Shown piece after piece: positions 55,221 through 63,199 of a DNA stretch of 63,199 nt (its first letter is position 1; every line of letters starts with the position of its first letter). The translations under genes and the position numbers were made by a program. Under the pieces are notes generated by a model. It worked only from the letters and a program-made list of their open reading frames with translations, was not told the origin of the DNA and ran no database searches. Source of the DNA: a virus (lineage: Duplodnaviria; Caudoviricetes); IMG/VR virus record IMGVR_UViG_3300044484_000087, positions 1 through 63,199 of that record. One strand, written 5' to 3'.

Positions 55221-55504
55221 AACGTACTACGTTTTGAAACAGGGGCATCTGACTTTTCGCTTTTCTCTGGAGAAGCTGGCTCAATTCGAGATTTGAAGCC
55301 GTGATTCTTCAACCAAGTCCTTGCCCTGTCCACGGTCCACTTGGAGCGATCAAATCTCAGCGATTGGATCTCTGACTTGCCATTGGGCCGAACCCCGAAG
55401 ATGGCGCGAACGCCCGCGGGCGCCCCGGAAAGAGCGCCAGATGTGAAGCGCGTGTACCGACTCGGGGAAGCTTGGCGAGCTGCGTGTTCATTCGGAAACG
55501 GCAT
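55202..55504 (-). CDS. Small conserved-looking phage head-module protein
   Basis: PFPNEHAAR...IFG...SEIQSLRF...WT...A..WL..H; ends TFWGGVL. Confidence 0.7.
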   Translation of the reverse strand: MPFPNEHAARQASPSRYTRFTSGALSGAPAGVRAIFGVRPNGKSEIQSLRFDRSKWTVDRARTWLKNHGFKSRIEPASPEKSEKSDAPVSKRSTFWGGVL

Positions 55505-55857
55505 CAGCCCTCCTGCGGGGGTTCTGTCTTGGGATACAGACCGCTCCCGGGGATGTGGAAACGGCCTGTGTCTTCGCCCTCAAAAACCGCCAAATCTCTT
55601 TCAACTTCGGCGTCCAGGCTGCGCTTGCGAAGTACGGTCGGGCGGTAGCCGATGCGTGCTTGTGCTTTGCGTTCGGCGTCCAAACGCAACGCGTTGCCTT
55701 CATCGTACCCCGTCAGATATGCCAATCTCAAATCGGCGCGTGCGGGATGCTGGGCGAAGCGCCCTTGGTGAGCGCGACCGTGGACCCCATCCCTCCAACC
55801 TGCGCGCCAACTGTGAAACTGTTCGAACTCAGTGGCCTGATCGTCGTCTTGTGGCAT
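55504..55857 (-). CDS. Hypothetical protein
   Basis: Likely ATG 55857; GW.DG and AY..GY..G motifs; TGATG overlap downstream. Confidence 0.5.
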   Translation of the reverse strand: MPQDDDQATEFEQFHSWRAGWRDGVHGRAHQGRFAQHPARADLRLAYLTGYDEGNALRLDAERKAQARIGYRPTVLRKRSLDAEVERDLAVFEGEDTGRFHIPGSGLYPKTEPPQEG

Positions 55858-55879
55858 AGCGGGCGCCACTTGACATCCG

Positions 55880-56245
55880 TCAGCTGGTCCCCTCGGCCAT
55901 ATCGAAGCCGCTGGTCGCAATCTTGGTCTCGCCAACGCCGGCTCCGGAGTTGACGGCGATGAAAACGATGCGCCCGTCGCAATCGAACGTGAAGACGTAG
56001 GGCGTGTTCACACCCAAGCCGGTCTTGGTGAACGCGGGGTTGGTCTTCACGAACGCGCCTGCAGCCTCGCTCCAGACCAGCACTTCCACGGTCGGATTGT
56101 CCCCGCCGGAAGGGGCGACTTCCACGCTCAAGCGATTATACTGCCCGCAGTTCAGGCCCTGCTTCTTGTCCGTGAAAGGGCCGGCATCGTTGGCCGCCAC
56201 AGTCCGATACAGCTTGGAATCGGGCGCTTGCGTCGTGTTCTGCAT
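55880..56245 (-). CDS. Putative small structural beta-sandwich protein
   Basis: RBS GGAGG; alternating beta pattern. Confidence 0.55.
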   Translation of the reverse strand: MQNTTQAPDSKLYRTVAANDAGPFTDKKQGLNCGQYNRLSVEVAPSGGDNPTVEVLVWSEAAGAFVKTNPAFTKTGLGVNTPYVFTFDCDGRIVFIAVNSGAGVGETKIATSGFDMAEGTS

Positions 56246-56263
56246 TCCATCCTCCGAAAGTAC

Positions 56264-56315
56264 GGCTGGACCGGGGCGTAGGGCTCTACCCTACCGCTGA
56301 CGCCCCGGTCCAGCC
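56264..56315. terminator. 16-bp perfect inverted repeat (terminator/processing hairpin)
   Basis: GGCTGGACCGGGGCGT (56264-56279) / ACGCCCCGGTCCAGCC (56300-56315). Confidence 0.65.
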
Positions 56316-56333
56316 TCGCCCTCGCCCCGGGAA

Positions 56334-56636
56334 CTACTCGTGCGCCGCCCAGTGGATCACTTCGCCCGACACGTTCACGTCCGTGTCGGCGCCGATGCGG
56401 AAGCCGTTGGCCAGCGGGGTCACGCCCAGGCCAACGCCGATGACGGACATGGTGCCCGCCGTGATGCGCTTGTGGCCGCGCCCCTCCGCCATCGAATCCG
56501 TCCACACCGCGGTCACGAGACCATCGTTGTTGAACAGCTCGACCCGCCGCGGGCGGAAGCCCACGCTGGTAACATCGAGGTTGGCCCCCGTTCCCTTCAC
56601 CGCTCCGCTCTTGCTCAACTGAACGCCTGAAGACAT
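56334..56636 (-). CDS. Putative small structural/decoration protein
   Basis: RBS AGGGAGA; G...GTG....VGFRP..V...GF.IG...N..G...W.A pattern; strong codon bias. Confidence 0.6.
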   Translation of the reverse strand: MSSGVQLSKSGAVKGTGANLDVTSVGFRPRRVELFNNDGLVTAVWTDSMAEGRGHKRITAGTMSVIGVGLGVTPLANGFRIGADTDVNVSGEVIHWAAHE

Positions 56637-56831
56637 TGCGCTTTCTCCCTTGTGTATGCGCCCAACCCTTGACAGACCGTGAGACGCTTCAACGCACGGC
56701 CCTGCGATTGCTCGGGTCAGATTTGCGTCGTAACAGTCTGTATCCTACTGGCTATCAGCCCGGCCACCTAGGCGCACACGTAGGGCGATGTGCACGTGGC
56801 ATGTAGGTCGGCGTGGATAGACATGACGTCG

Positions 56832-57260
56832 TCAGGGGCGTTTGGTGCCGCCGTCGTAGGGCTTGGCGTAGCCGCCCTTGATCAGCTCTTGGCACACATC
56901 GATTTCGACCCCATCGACAGCTCGCGTCACATACACGTCCGCAAGCCACCGTCCGTACTTGTCTGCCTTGTGGCTGACCAAACGAATCTTGCCCGCCCCA
57001 AGCAGACGTTCCAACGCGACCTTGGCGGCCAGCCCGGCGTCCCTTGTGGCGCCCACCGTCTCAGGCGTGTCGATGCCCGCAAGCCGAAACTCAACGATGG
57101 CCTCTTTCTTCAGCTCCAAGAAATCCAAGATTCCGAATCCGAAATCCACGGATATTCCATAAGAACTTTCCAACTTGAAGTACACAGTATCGCCATCCAC
57201 CACACGATGAACCGTGGCGCTGTATTCGTACTTCGTTGGCTTCACATACGACGGGGTCAC
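56832..57260 (-). CDS. Staphylococcal-nuclease-family (thermonuclease) protein
   Basis: RVVDGDT, RLAGIDTPE, DKYGRWLA, LIKGGYA..YDGG. Confidence 0.92.
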   Translation of the reverse strand: MTPSYVKPTKYEYSATVHRVVDGDTVYFKLESSYGISVDFGFGILDFLELKKEAIVEFRLAGIDTPETVGATRDAGLAAKVALERLLGAGKIRLVSHKADKYGRWLADVYVTRAVDGVEIDVCQELIKGGYAKPYDGGTKRP

Positions 57261-57940
57261 GCGACGCCCTTGGCAGCGAACGCAAACCTCAAGGCATCGA
57301 TCAACTCAGGGCCGGGGTCGCGCTTGTTGGCGGTGATATGGTAGTGGCCGACGAATCCCTTGAACTGGTCGAGCAACGCCCTGGGCATCTCAGTCTGAAG
57401 CTCGGCGTCCGGAACCCGCCGCTGGACCGCGGGGACGGCCTTGGAAAAGGCTTCTGCCAACGCGATGGCCGCCTGAATCTGGACCGGATAGAACCGGGCC
57501 GTTTTGGCAGCCTTGCCGTGCGTCGTGGCGATGTACACCCCGCGGTCGGCGCCCAACTTCGGCGGCCCCATCAGACCAGGCATGCCGTAGCTGATGATCT
57601 CGCAACCGGCGGAGCGGCTGTTGACGATGCCTGCGTCGGCCGTATCCACTACAGCCGGATCACAGTACTGGTAGATGGTCCCGCCGCGCGAGATGGCAAA
57701 CTCCACGCCAAGGTCACGCTTCCTGAGCGTGGCGGCCATGACGATGGGTTCGTTCTCACCGCCCGTCCAATGGAACACAAACAGGTCGATGGGCTTGGTG
57801 CGCTTCTTGTTGTAGCCATCCCCGGGCTTGAACTCAGGGACCGCCGGAAGCTGGCCATCGTTCCAACGCCGAACGGGCACATCCTGCCCGTTGGAAGCCT
57901 TGACAGGATAGACCACGCCGCCAATTATGATTCCGTTCAT
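57257..57940 (-). CDS. N-acetylmuramoyl-L-alanine amidase (Amidase_2), probable endolysin
   Basis: VFHWT, G.IYQ, N.RS.G.E, Q..A...L, VGHY, NKRDPG. Confidence 0.85.
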   Translation of the reverse strand: MNGIIIGGVVYPVKASNGQDVPVRRWNDGQLPAVPEFKPGDGYNKKRTKPIDLFVFHWTGGENEPIVMAATLRKRDLGVEFAISRGGTIYQYCDPAVVDTADAGIVNSRSAGCEIISYGMPGLMGPPKLGADRGVYIATTHGKAAKTARFYPVQIQAAIALAEAFSKAVPAVQRRVPDAELQTEMPRALLDQFKGFVGHYHITANKRDPGPELIDALRFAFAAKGVA

Positions 57941-58551
57941 TTTCGGCTCGCTTTCTTGACGGGCTTGGGCTCATCGTCCGCCACTTCCTCGCCTTCGGCA
58001 TCCAACATGGCCGGCGCCTTAGGGCCATAGTGGAGGTTGCCGCCGGTCACCAGAGCAGCCATCGGCACATCCTCAAACCGATCCATCAGCTCTTTGAAGC
58101 CCGCAAGCTCCTTGACGATGGCGTCGGAAAGCTGCCCCCGCGTCATATCCCCAAGAAACAAGCCGGCGACAATCTCTTTGCGCTCGGCTTCTTTCTTGAT
58201 CAAGCCAAACTCTTGGCCCTTCTCTATGACTCCGGATTGGATCTCCGACCGTAGACGAATGGCGCCGATGGTAGCGGCGTGCATTTTCGTCTTGTCGAGT
58301 TTCTTGATGACTTCATCCAAGTCGCGGATGTTCCGCTGCTGTTGGATGACGTACTCAACAAACACATGCTCCCGGGGGCGATTGCGGAACAGCTCCGCTT
58401 TCATCTCCAGCATGCGATTTCTTACTTGCTCGTAAGTCTCAGGGTCCCAACCAAATAGTTCAGCAACGCTCGCTTCACTTTCACCACGCGCCGTGATTTC
58501 TTCATACAGCGCAAGCGCTTGCTTGGACAGTTCTGATCGGGATAACCCCAC
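57937..58551 (-). CDS. Candidate terminase small subunit
   Basis: N-terminal HTH-like segment plus helical oligomerisation-like region; first gene of the late block. Inferred. Confidence 0.45.
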   Translation of the reverse strand: MGLSRSELSKQALALYEEITARGESEASVAELFGWDPETYEQVRNRMLEMKAELFRNRPREHVFVEYVIQQQRNIRDLDEVIKKLDKTKMHAATIGAIRLRSEIQSGVIEKGQEFGLIKKEAERKEIVAGLFLGDMTRGQLSDAIVKELAGFKELMDRFEDVPMAALVTGGNLHYGPKAPAMLDAEGEEVADDEPKPVKKASRK

Positions 58552-58583
58552 GCCCTAGTTGTAACTTCAATTGCGTCGGGACG

Positions 58584-58832
58584 CTAGCGACAACGCAAAC
58601 ATCCACGTTCTTGAATCTTGTTCAGCACAGCCATTGCGTGAGCGTGGTATGTCCACCCCCACCACGCTCCGCATTTGCATCGTACCGCAAACTCTTCCAA
58701 AGCCTTGTTGTGCTTCATGGCCTTTCGGGAAAGGCGCCATGCTAAATCGTGGTTCCCGCGGTAGCCGTCCCAGATGTCCAGGTTCTCGTCTTCAACAGGT
58801 TGCAACTTGGGGCGCGGCGTTTCTTTGCTCAT
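58584..58832 (-). CDS. Small Cys-containing protein
   Basis: ATGA overlap; CKC and CLRC. Confidence 0.5.
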   Translation of the reverse strand: MSKETPRPKLQPVEDENLDIWDGYRGNHDLAWRLSRKAMKHNKALEEFAVRCKCGAWWGWTYHAHAMAVLNKIQERGCLRCR

Positions 58833-59188
58833 GCGCGACCTTGAATGTGCCATGCGCCCAGGTAATCCTTGGCGAACGTGCCCGACCCCACCCCATCGCT
58901 CAAAAAGCTGGTTATTGCCTCATAAGCGGCGATGAGCAATTGGTTGCTTGGCTTCTCGCCGCTGTACTTCGCCACACAATCAGCTTCTTCAACCACATCG
59001 ATAGGGAAGCCAAACGAAACCAAAGTAATCACATCGTCGCCCCGAACGTCCCACAGCAAGGCGACTCCGGGCCTGGCGGCCCCTTCGGGCTCTGTCGGAC
59101 CCAGCCTGTTCCCTCTGCTAGCCAAAGGCTCCCCAACGTGTAAGTATTTCCTACCGTTGATAACGACGTGGCAACCTTTGCAAAACAT
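58829..59188 (-). CDS. Hypothetical protein
   Basis: Likely ATG 59188, just after the upstream stop. Confidence 0.5.
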   Translation of the reverse strand: MFCKGCHVVINGRKYLHVGEPLASRGNRLGPTEPEGAARPGVALLWDVRGDDVITLVSFGFPIDVVEEADCVAKYSGEKPSNQLLIAAYEAITSFLSDGVGSGTFAKDYLGAWHIQGRA

Positions 59189-59198
59189 GCTTGGAGCC

Positions 59199-59522
59199 TT
59201 ACCTGTGCCGCAGCGCCCGCAACCAAGTTTTGAACATGGCGTACCGAAACTTGGCGACCATCCACCAACGACGGTACCAAGCCATGGAAGCGAAAATCTC
59301 ACGAGCGTGGGCACGCAAGCGCTCGGGGTTGATGGGACGGACCAACCCGACCTTGATGAGCCGAGTGCGCACCCGAACATACCGCTTACGTTCGGATGCA
59401 GACAGCGGCTTTTCGCCTTGGATCTGGCGCAACCGAATGTAATCCCTGTAGTCCGCAACCTCCCCGGGGCGAACGTCGCGCAGCACCTCATCCAAGTCTT
59501 TCGCTTGATCGTCCTTGTTCAT
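59199..59522 (-). CDS. Hypothetical basic protein
   Basis: ATGA overlap. Confidence 0.55.
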   Translation of the reverse strand: MNKDDQAKDLDEVLRDVRPGEVADYRDYIRLRQIQGEKPLSASERKRYVRVRTRLIKVGLVRPINPERLRAHAREIFASMAWYRRWWMVAKFRYAMFKTWLRALRHR

Positions 59523-60067
59523 TTGGACCTTCCATTCAAATGCTTTTCCAGGGCTGGAAGCTCGTTTTCCAAGCGTGCTTTCAGACGGGGCGTAAGCGGC
59601 GATGTCCGTGAAAACTCATCCATGGAACGCGCCTCATCCGGAGCTAAGCCATATCGCTTTGCTGCCAGCTCATAGCCGCCCGAAGTCAAGTGGAGCTTGG
59701 AAACTCTGTGTGCGAGCAGCAGCTCAAACTCCGCGCAGGCTCGACGCACCGTTGACTCGCTCAGCTTAGTGGCTTTGGCGAGTTGTGAACAGGGATGCCC
59801 GTCGCGTTTTCGCTTCCACAGCGCGTACATCGTCTTCAACGCCAAGCACCGCGAAGGCCCGGGCCCGCGTTCGCCCAACACATCGCCGTCTGGTTGTGCC
59901 TGTGGCCAAGTCTTGCCCTTGGCCAGCCTGTATACAATCTGATACGGAATGCCGATTTCAGACGCCACACGAGACACGCCCTCGCCGTTGGCGATGCGTT
60001 GCTTGATAGCCGACGCTTGGTTCAACGTCAGCGTTGAAGCGTGGTGTGTTTCCCCGCGCACGGCCAC
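59519..60067 (-). CDS. Multi-HTH DNA-binding protein
   Basis: RGE.H..S.LT...I...G....VA...GI....V..LA.GKTW, plus further HTH-like segments. Confidence 0.65.
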   Translation of the reverse strand: MAVRGETHHASTLTLNQASAIKQRIANGEGVSRVASEIGIPYQIVYRLAKGKTWPQAQPDGDVLGERGPGPSRCLALKTMYALWKRKRDGHPCSQLAKATKLSESTVRRACAEFELLLAHRVSKLHLTSGGYELAAKRYGLAPDEARSMDEFSRTSPLTPRLKARLENELPALEKHLNGRSK

Positions 60068-60068
60068 G

Positions 60069-60974
60069 TTACGCCCAAACTTTCTCCGACAGTTTCTCTG
60101 CCAACGGGGATGGGCCGATGTAGAAGTGCTTGGCGGTCGCCGTTGCCTTCTCATTGTGAACTAGCCGAAATGCTCCGCGCTTTGGGAACACCACGCGGAT
60201 GAACGGCCTTGTCTTGGCGATGTACTCGCCTATCGGTGCACGATCCACCACATTCACATTCGCCCCGGACGGGATGGCTTTGCCCGTGATCCTCCGATCA
60301 ACGTAGCACTTCAGGCCCACCTTGGCGATTGCTCGCAACCGAAGGTCGCCATCCTCGTTCACGCGCAAATCGGGGTCTGAATACCCAATTTTCTTGAAAG
60401 CGTCCGAACGATACGCCACGAAATCTGCTATGTTGGAGCCTGCGAAATGGTGCTGCCCCGGAGGAAGGCGCGATGCGTCCATGCGAGCGAAGTACGTGAT
60501 ACAGGATGTGATGGCCCAAGCGTCGGGCATCTTCTTGAACGCAACTTCGACATCGCCAAGCGACAGCTTGTCCAACGTAACGTCCGAATCCCAACGCAGC
60601 ACGTATTGGCAACGCTTGGAAAGAACGTGTTGGATGATGTTCTCTTTGTTCCCGCAGCCGCCGTTCTCCGGAAGCGGCAGATACAGGAACGGATGCGGGG
60701 CGGTGAGTTCTATCAAGCGCTCCACATCCATCTTGACAGGGGATGCGTCATCGATGATGAAAAACGGCGCGGTTTCTTTGGCTTCCGCCAAACAACGCAC
60801 CATGAACGACACGGCGTTGTACATGGTGGCTTGGTACTTTTCCACGTTGACGGGCCGTTCGACAAACTCCCCCTTGCTGACGACGCGCCGAATGCCGTCC
60901 AAGTAGTATCCACACCCGAATCCGAACTTGTAGTTGGCTTTCGGGTCCCAACGCACCATTCTTGTCTTTGCCAT
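60069..60974 (-). CDS. GT2/GT-A fold glycosyltransferase
   Basis: FIIDDAS, ENGG....N, YVLRWDSD, F.KIGY.D....EDGDL.LR. Confidence 0.8.
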   Translation of the reverse strand: MAKTRMVRWDPKANYKFGFGCGYYLDGIRRVVSKGEFVERPVNVEKYQATMYNAVSFMVRCLAEAKETAPFFIIDDASPVKMDVERLIELTAPHPFLYLPLPENGGCGNKENIIQHVLSKRCQYVLRWDSDVTLDKLSLGDVEVAFKKMPDAWAITSCITYFARMDASRLPPGQHHFAGSNIADFVAYRSDAFKKIGYSDPDLRVNEDGDLRLRAIAKVGLKCYVDRRITGKAIPSGANVNVVDRAPIGEYIAKTRPFIRVVFPKRGAFRLVHNEKATATAKHFYIGPSPLAEKLSEKVWA

Positions 60975-61365
60975 GTAGCCGGTTACTTCTGGATGAAGTG
61001 GCGCGGCGCTGAATGGGATTGAACTAGACTGAAGTTCACAAAGAGAACATCAATCCAGCCGCGTTCCAACCAGCTTTTGAGACCGCCCAGCACAGGCGAA
61101 CGGCGAATCCCAACATGAACAGAGCCAACGTGTTCACCAACACGAATAGCCCCATGTAAAACATGGCCGTCCAGAAACGATCCACTATGCGGCCGCTCGC
61201 TTGGATTCGCGGACGAAACGGCGTGGCTGGGGCAGCCCAAGCTCGCCCGTGGTCTTGTCCCGACCCGCGACGAAACGGTGCAGCGAGGAATCCGCCCCAC
61301 ACAGAATGCACCGGGGCGGGCGCTGAGATGCGCATGGGCAGAAGATGTGATCTTCAATCATGACG

Positions 61366-61611
61366 TTACCTCGAATCTTCCAGCGCCTTGGTCAAATCTT
61401 CCAAGGCGTCCGTGTTGCTCTTGAGCTCACGCGAATGCTCTTCCAGAGCGCGCGTGAGCGCTTGGATGTCCGCACGTTGCGGACCCTGATCGTAGATGGG
61501 GCGATTCTGGCTCTGGGCGTGGGCGCTCTGAATCTGCGGAGCAATCGGCGCCACGAACATGGACGCCCACCACAACACAGCCAATACCACAAACGCCAGA
61601 AACCTATTCAT
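61366..61611 (-). CDS. Small exported/membrane coiled-coil protein
   Basis: Signal-like N-terminus and heptad C-terminus. Confidence 0.55.
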   Translation of the reverse strand: MNRFLAFVVLAVLWWASMFVAPIAPQIQSAHAQSQNRPIYDQGPQRADIQALTRALEEHSRELKSNTDALEDLTKALEDSR

Positions 61612-61690
61612 CTTGCTTCCCTTTGCCACGACGCTGTTTGGCGTCTATGTAGAAAGGTATAGCTGAGAAATGCCAAGGCGTTGAATATTT

Positions 61691-62047
61691 CTATTGTCGC
61701 CCAACACTAGGGGCAACTTCGTACCATCGCCGCCCATTTCCGGTCATCGGCGCAGCTTCCCAATAAGACACCAACGTGCCGTGCGCCTCCATGACGCGTA
61801 GCAGCGATGAAGCCGTGCTGATAGGGATTCCTAACGCCCGAACTACATCCACAGAATAGACCCGCCGCTTACGACCAATCAGCTCCAAAATAGTCTCGAC
61901 ACGGGCAGCACGTACTTGCTGCTTGGCGGTCTTTCGTTTGAACGTCGATTCTTGATCGAAATGGTGGACCGGCCCGCTCCAAGCAGGGGGAGGCGCGCTC
62001 GCTATGGGCCGGGACGGGGCCTTGGCCCGCGCTGACGGCCGTTTCAT
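61691..62047 (-). CDS. Winged-helix DNA-binding protein
   Basis: DVVRALGIPISTASSLLRVME..G.L...G..RRWY. Confidence 0.7.
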   Translation of the reverse strand: MKRPSARAKAPSRPIASAPPPAWSGPVHHFDQESTFKRKTAKQQVRAARVETILELIGRKRRVYSVDVVRALGIPISTASSLLRVMEAHGTLVSYWEAAPMTGNGRRWYEVAPSVGRQ

Positions 62048-62271
62048 ACGCTACGGGACGCCAAGCCCATCAGCGTGGCGAGCCCCTTTTCAGTCAACGT
62101 GCAACGATCATCTTGGCGGCTCACAAACCCCAACTCGACTAGCCGCGACATCACAGGGCTCCCCGGCGGAACGCCTGTGGACCTGTAAACGACATCAAGC
62201 GTCTTTCCGGGGTTGCCGGCCAGGAACCTGAGGATGCTATGCTCCGACTTTTTCAGCAGGCCCAATCTCAA
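62044..62271 (-). CDS. Small winged-helix protein
   Basis: ILRFL...MSRLVELGFV...LTEKG. Confidence 0.65.
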   Translation of the reverse strand: MRLGLLKKSEHSILRFLAGNPGKTLDVVYRSTGVPPGSPVMSRLVELGFVSRQDDRCTLTEKGLATLMGLASRSV

Positions 62272-62852
62272 TCTCCATCTTTCAAACGATATCCATCATT
62301 GAAACGCTCGACTTTTCGGTCTTTGTGAATCAGCAAACTCAACTGTGCACGGGCACGTTGAACGGCCCCGGGCATGGCGTTGCCATAAACCAACTTGGCG
62401 ACTTCCCAAAGTTGTATTCCAGGCGTGGCCCGAACGACATCCAACACGGCCGCTTTGGCTCCGCGACGGCGCTTTGCCGACCGGCGGGCGTCCGATACGC
62501 GGGCTGGTGGCTCTGAATAAGCCGCCGGCAAGAGTTTGGAACTGCTATACAACGCAGGCGGCTGGGGCGGCGCGGCTTCCAGCGGCGTGCCTGCTGCGTA
62601 CCAATCCTCCATCCCGAAAACGGGCTGTGTTGATTTGGAAGCAATGTGCTCTTCCATCGTCAGAACACGGGCATTCATACCAAAACGCACCGCCACGTAA
62701 GGTTCGGGCTTTGCCCCGGGGCGTAGCGCTTTCGAGAGCACAGCAACGTCCCCTTGGAACAGGGAAAGAACGCCTGCGCGCCCAGACGTAGATTCGTGTA
62801 GCCAACGCTCCAAACCATCCAACGTGACCACGTATCGGTTCAGCTCTCCCAT
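62268..62852 (-). CDS. Hypothetical protein with C-terminal wHTH-like region
   Basis: VLDVVRATPGI...EVA..VY...LS.L...VER...GY.L. Confidence 0.55.
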   Translation of the reverse strand: MGELNRYVVTLDGLERWLHESTSGRAGVLSLFQGDVAVLSKALRPGAKPEPYVAVRFGMNARVLTMEEHIASKSTQPVFGMEDWYAAGTPLEAAPPQPPALYSSSKLLPAAYSEPPARVSDARRSAKRRRGAKAAVLDVVRATPGIQLWEVAKLVYGNAMPGAVQRARAQLSLLIHKDRKVERFNDGYRLKDGD

Positions 62853-62855
62853 GTA

Positions 62856-63113
62856 TCAACGCGCCTCAAGGTATTCGTTCGGAGGGATTCGAGCACACGT
62901 GGCGCAGCATTGCAACCAAGCGTTCGCCGGGCGGGACCATCTCATCACAGAGGCTAAATCCCCGCAGACCCCGCTAGAAAGCCAATCGCACCGCCCTACA
63001 GGCTCATTCGGCTCAATCGGACGAATATCCCCGTGATCCGGGGACCAAGATTCTGCTACGGATGGATCTCCGAAACCTAGCGCCAAGCGCTGCTTGCAAA
63101 CCAAGCAACGCAT
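62856..63113 (-). CDS. Small Cys-rich protein
   Basis: CLVC, C...C, CCATC. Confidence 0.45.
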   Translation of the reverse strand: MRCLVCKQRLALGFGDPSVAESWSPDHGDIRPIEPNEPVGRCDWLSSGVCGDLASVMRWSRPANAWLQCCATCARIPPNEYLEAR

Positions 63114-63199
63114 GTGCTCTTTGCCTGGTTCTGATGGCGGGTGAACGACGCCAGACGCCCTCCCGCACAGAGATGAATGGCCGCCCGGGGCAAAGAAAT

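Noticed and set aside
60983-61357. Two overlapping minus-strand ORFs (124 aa and 99 aa)
   Set aside because: Cannot decide which is real. A short TM peptide at 61036-61164 is plausible but too weakly supported to list.
1-63199. Genome-wide stop-codon reassignment
   Set aside because: Core genes are full length under the standard code and end in all three stop codons. The only in-frame split I noticed is the protease/scaffold junction.

Overview
The window is a contiguous part of a GC-rich (about 60% by eye) tailed-phage genome with a contractile tail (myovirus type). Essentially all credible genes are on the minus strand, and many are joined by ATGA/GTGA/TGATG stop-start overlaps. In transcription order (right to left): small HTH/Zn-finger genes and a GT2 glycosyltransferase (63-58.6 kb); candidate TerS, amidase endolysin, SNase nuclease, TerL, portal, gpF-like minor head protein, XkdF-type protease, scaffold and major capsid protein (58.5-48 kb); a methyltransferase-GT2-TPR fusion inside the morphogenesis block; neck, sheath, tube, a tail chaperone with a -1 slippery site, tape measure, baseplate and several fibre/spike proteins (44-16 kb); small membrane/lysis-like genes (16-13.7 kb); a replication block with SF2 helicase, HTH protein, DnaC-like loader, DnaB and DnaG (13.6-7.1 kb); an AT-rich gap; and a CobS-like AAA+ ATPase, vWA/HExxH protein, sigma-like factor, FAD oxidoreductase and MazG-HAD nucleotidase block (6.8-0.05 kb). 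I found no tRNA, rRNA, CRISPR array, integrase or DNA polymerase. The most notable items are: a Pro-Leu repeat protein in the usual spike-tip slot; an in-frame split prohead protease with a shared cleavage motif and a shared C-terminal peptide across head proteins; a probable virion glycosylation system; a gp26/gp51-like frameshift; and a hairpin whose loop is complementary to the AAA+ gene RBS. All calls come from motif recognition and synteny; no database searches were run.
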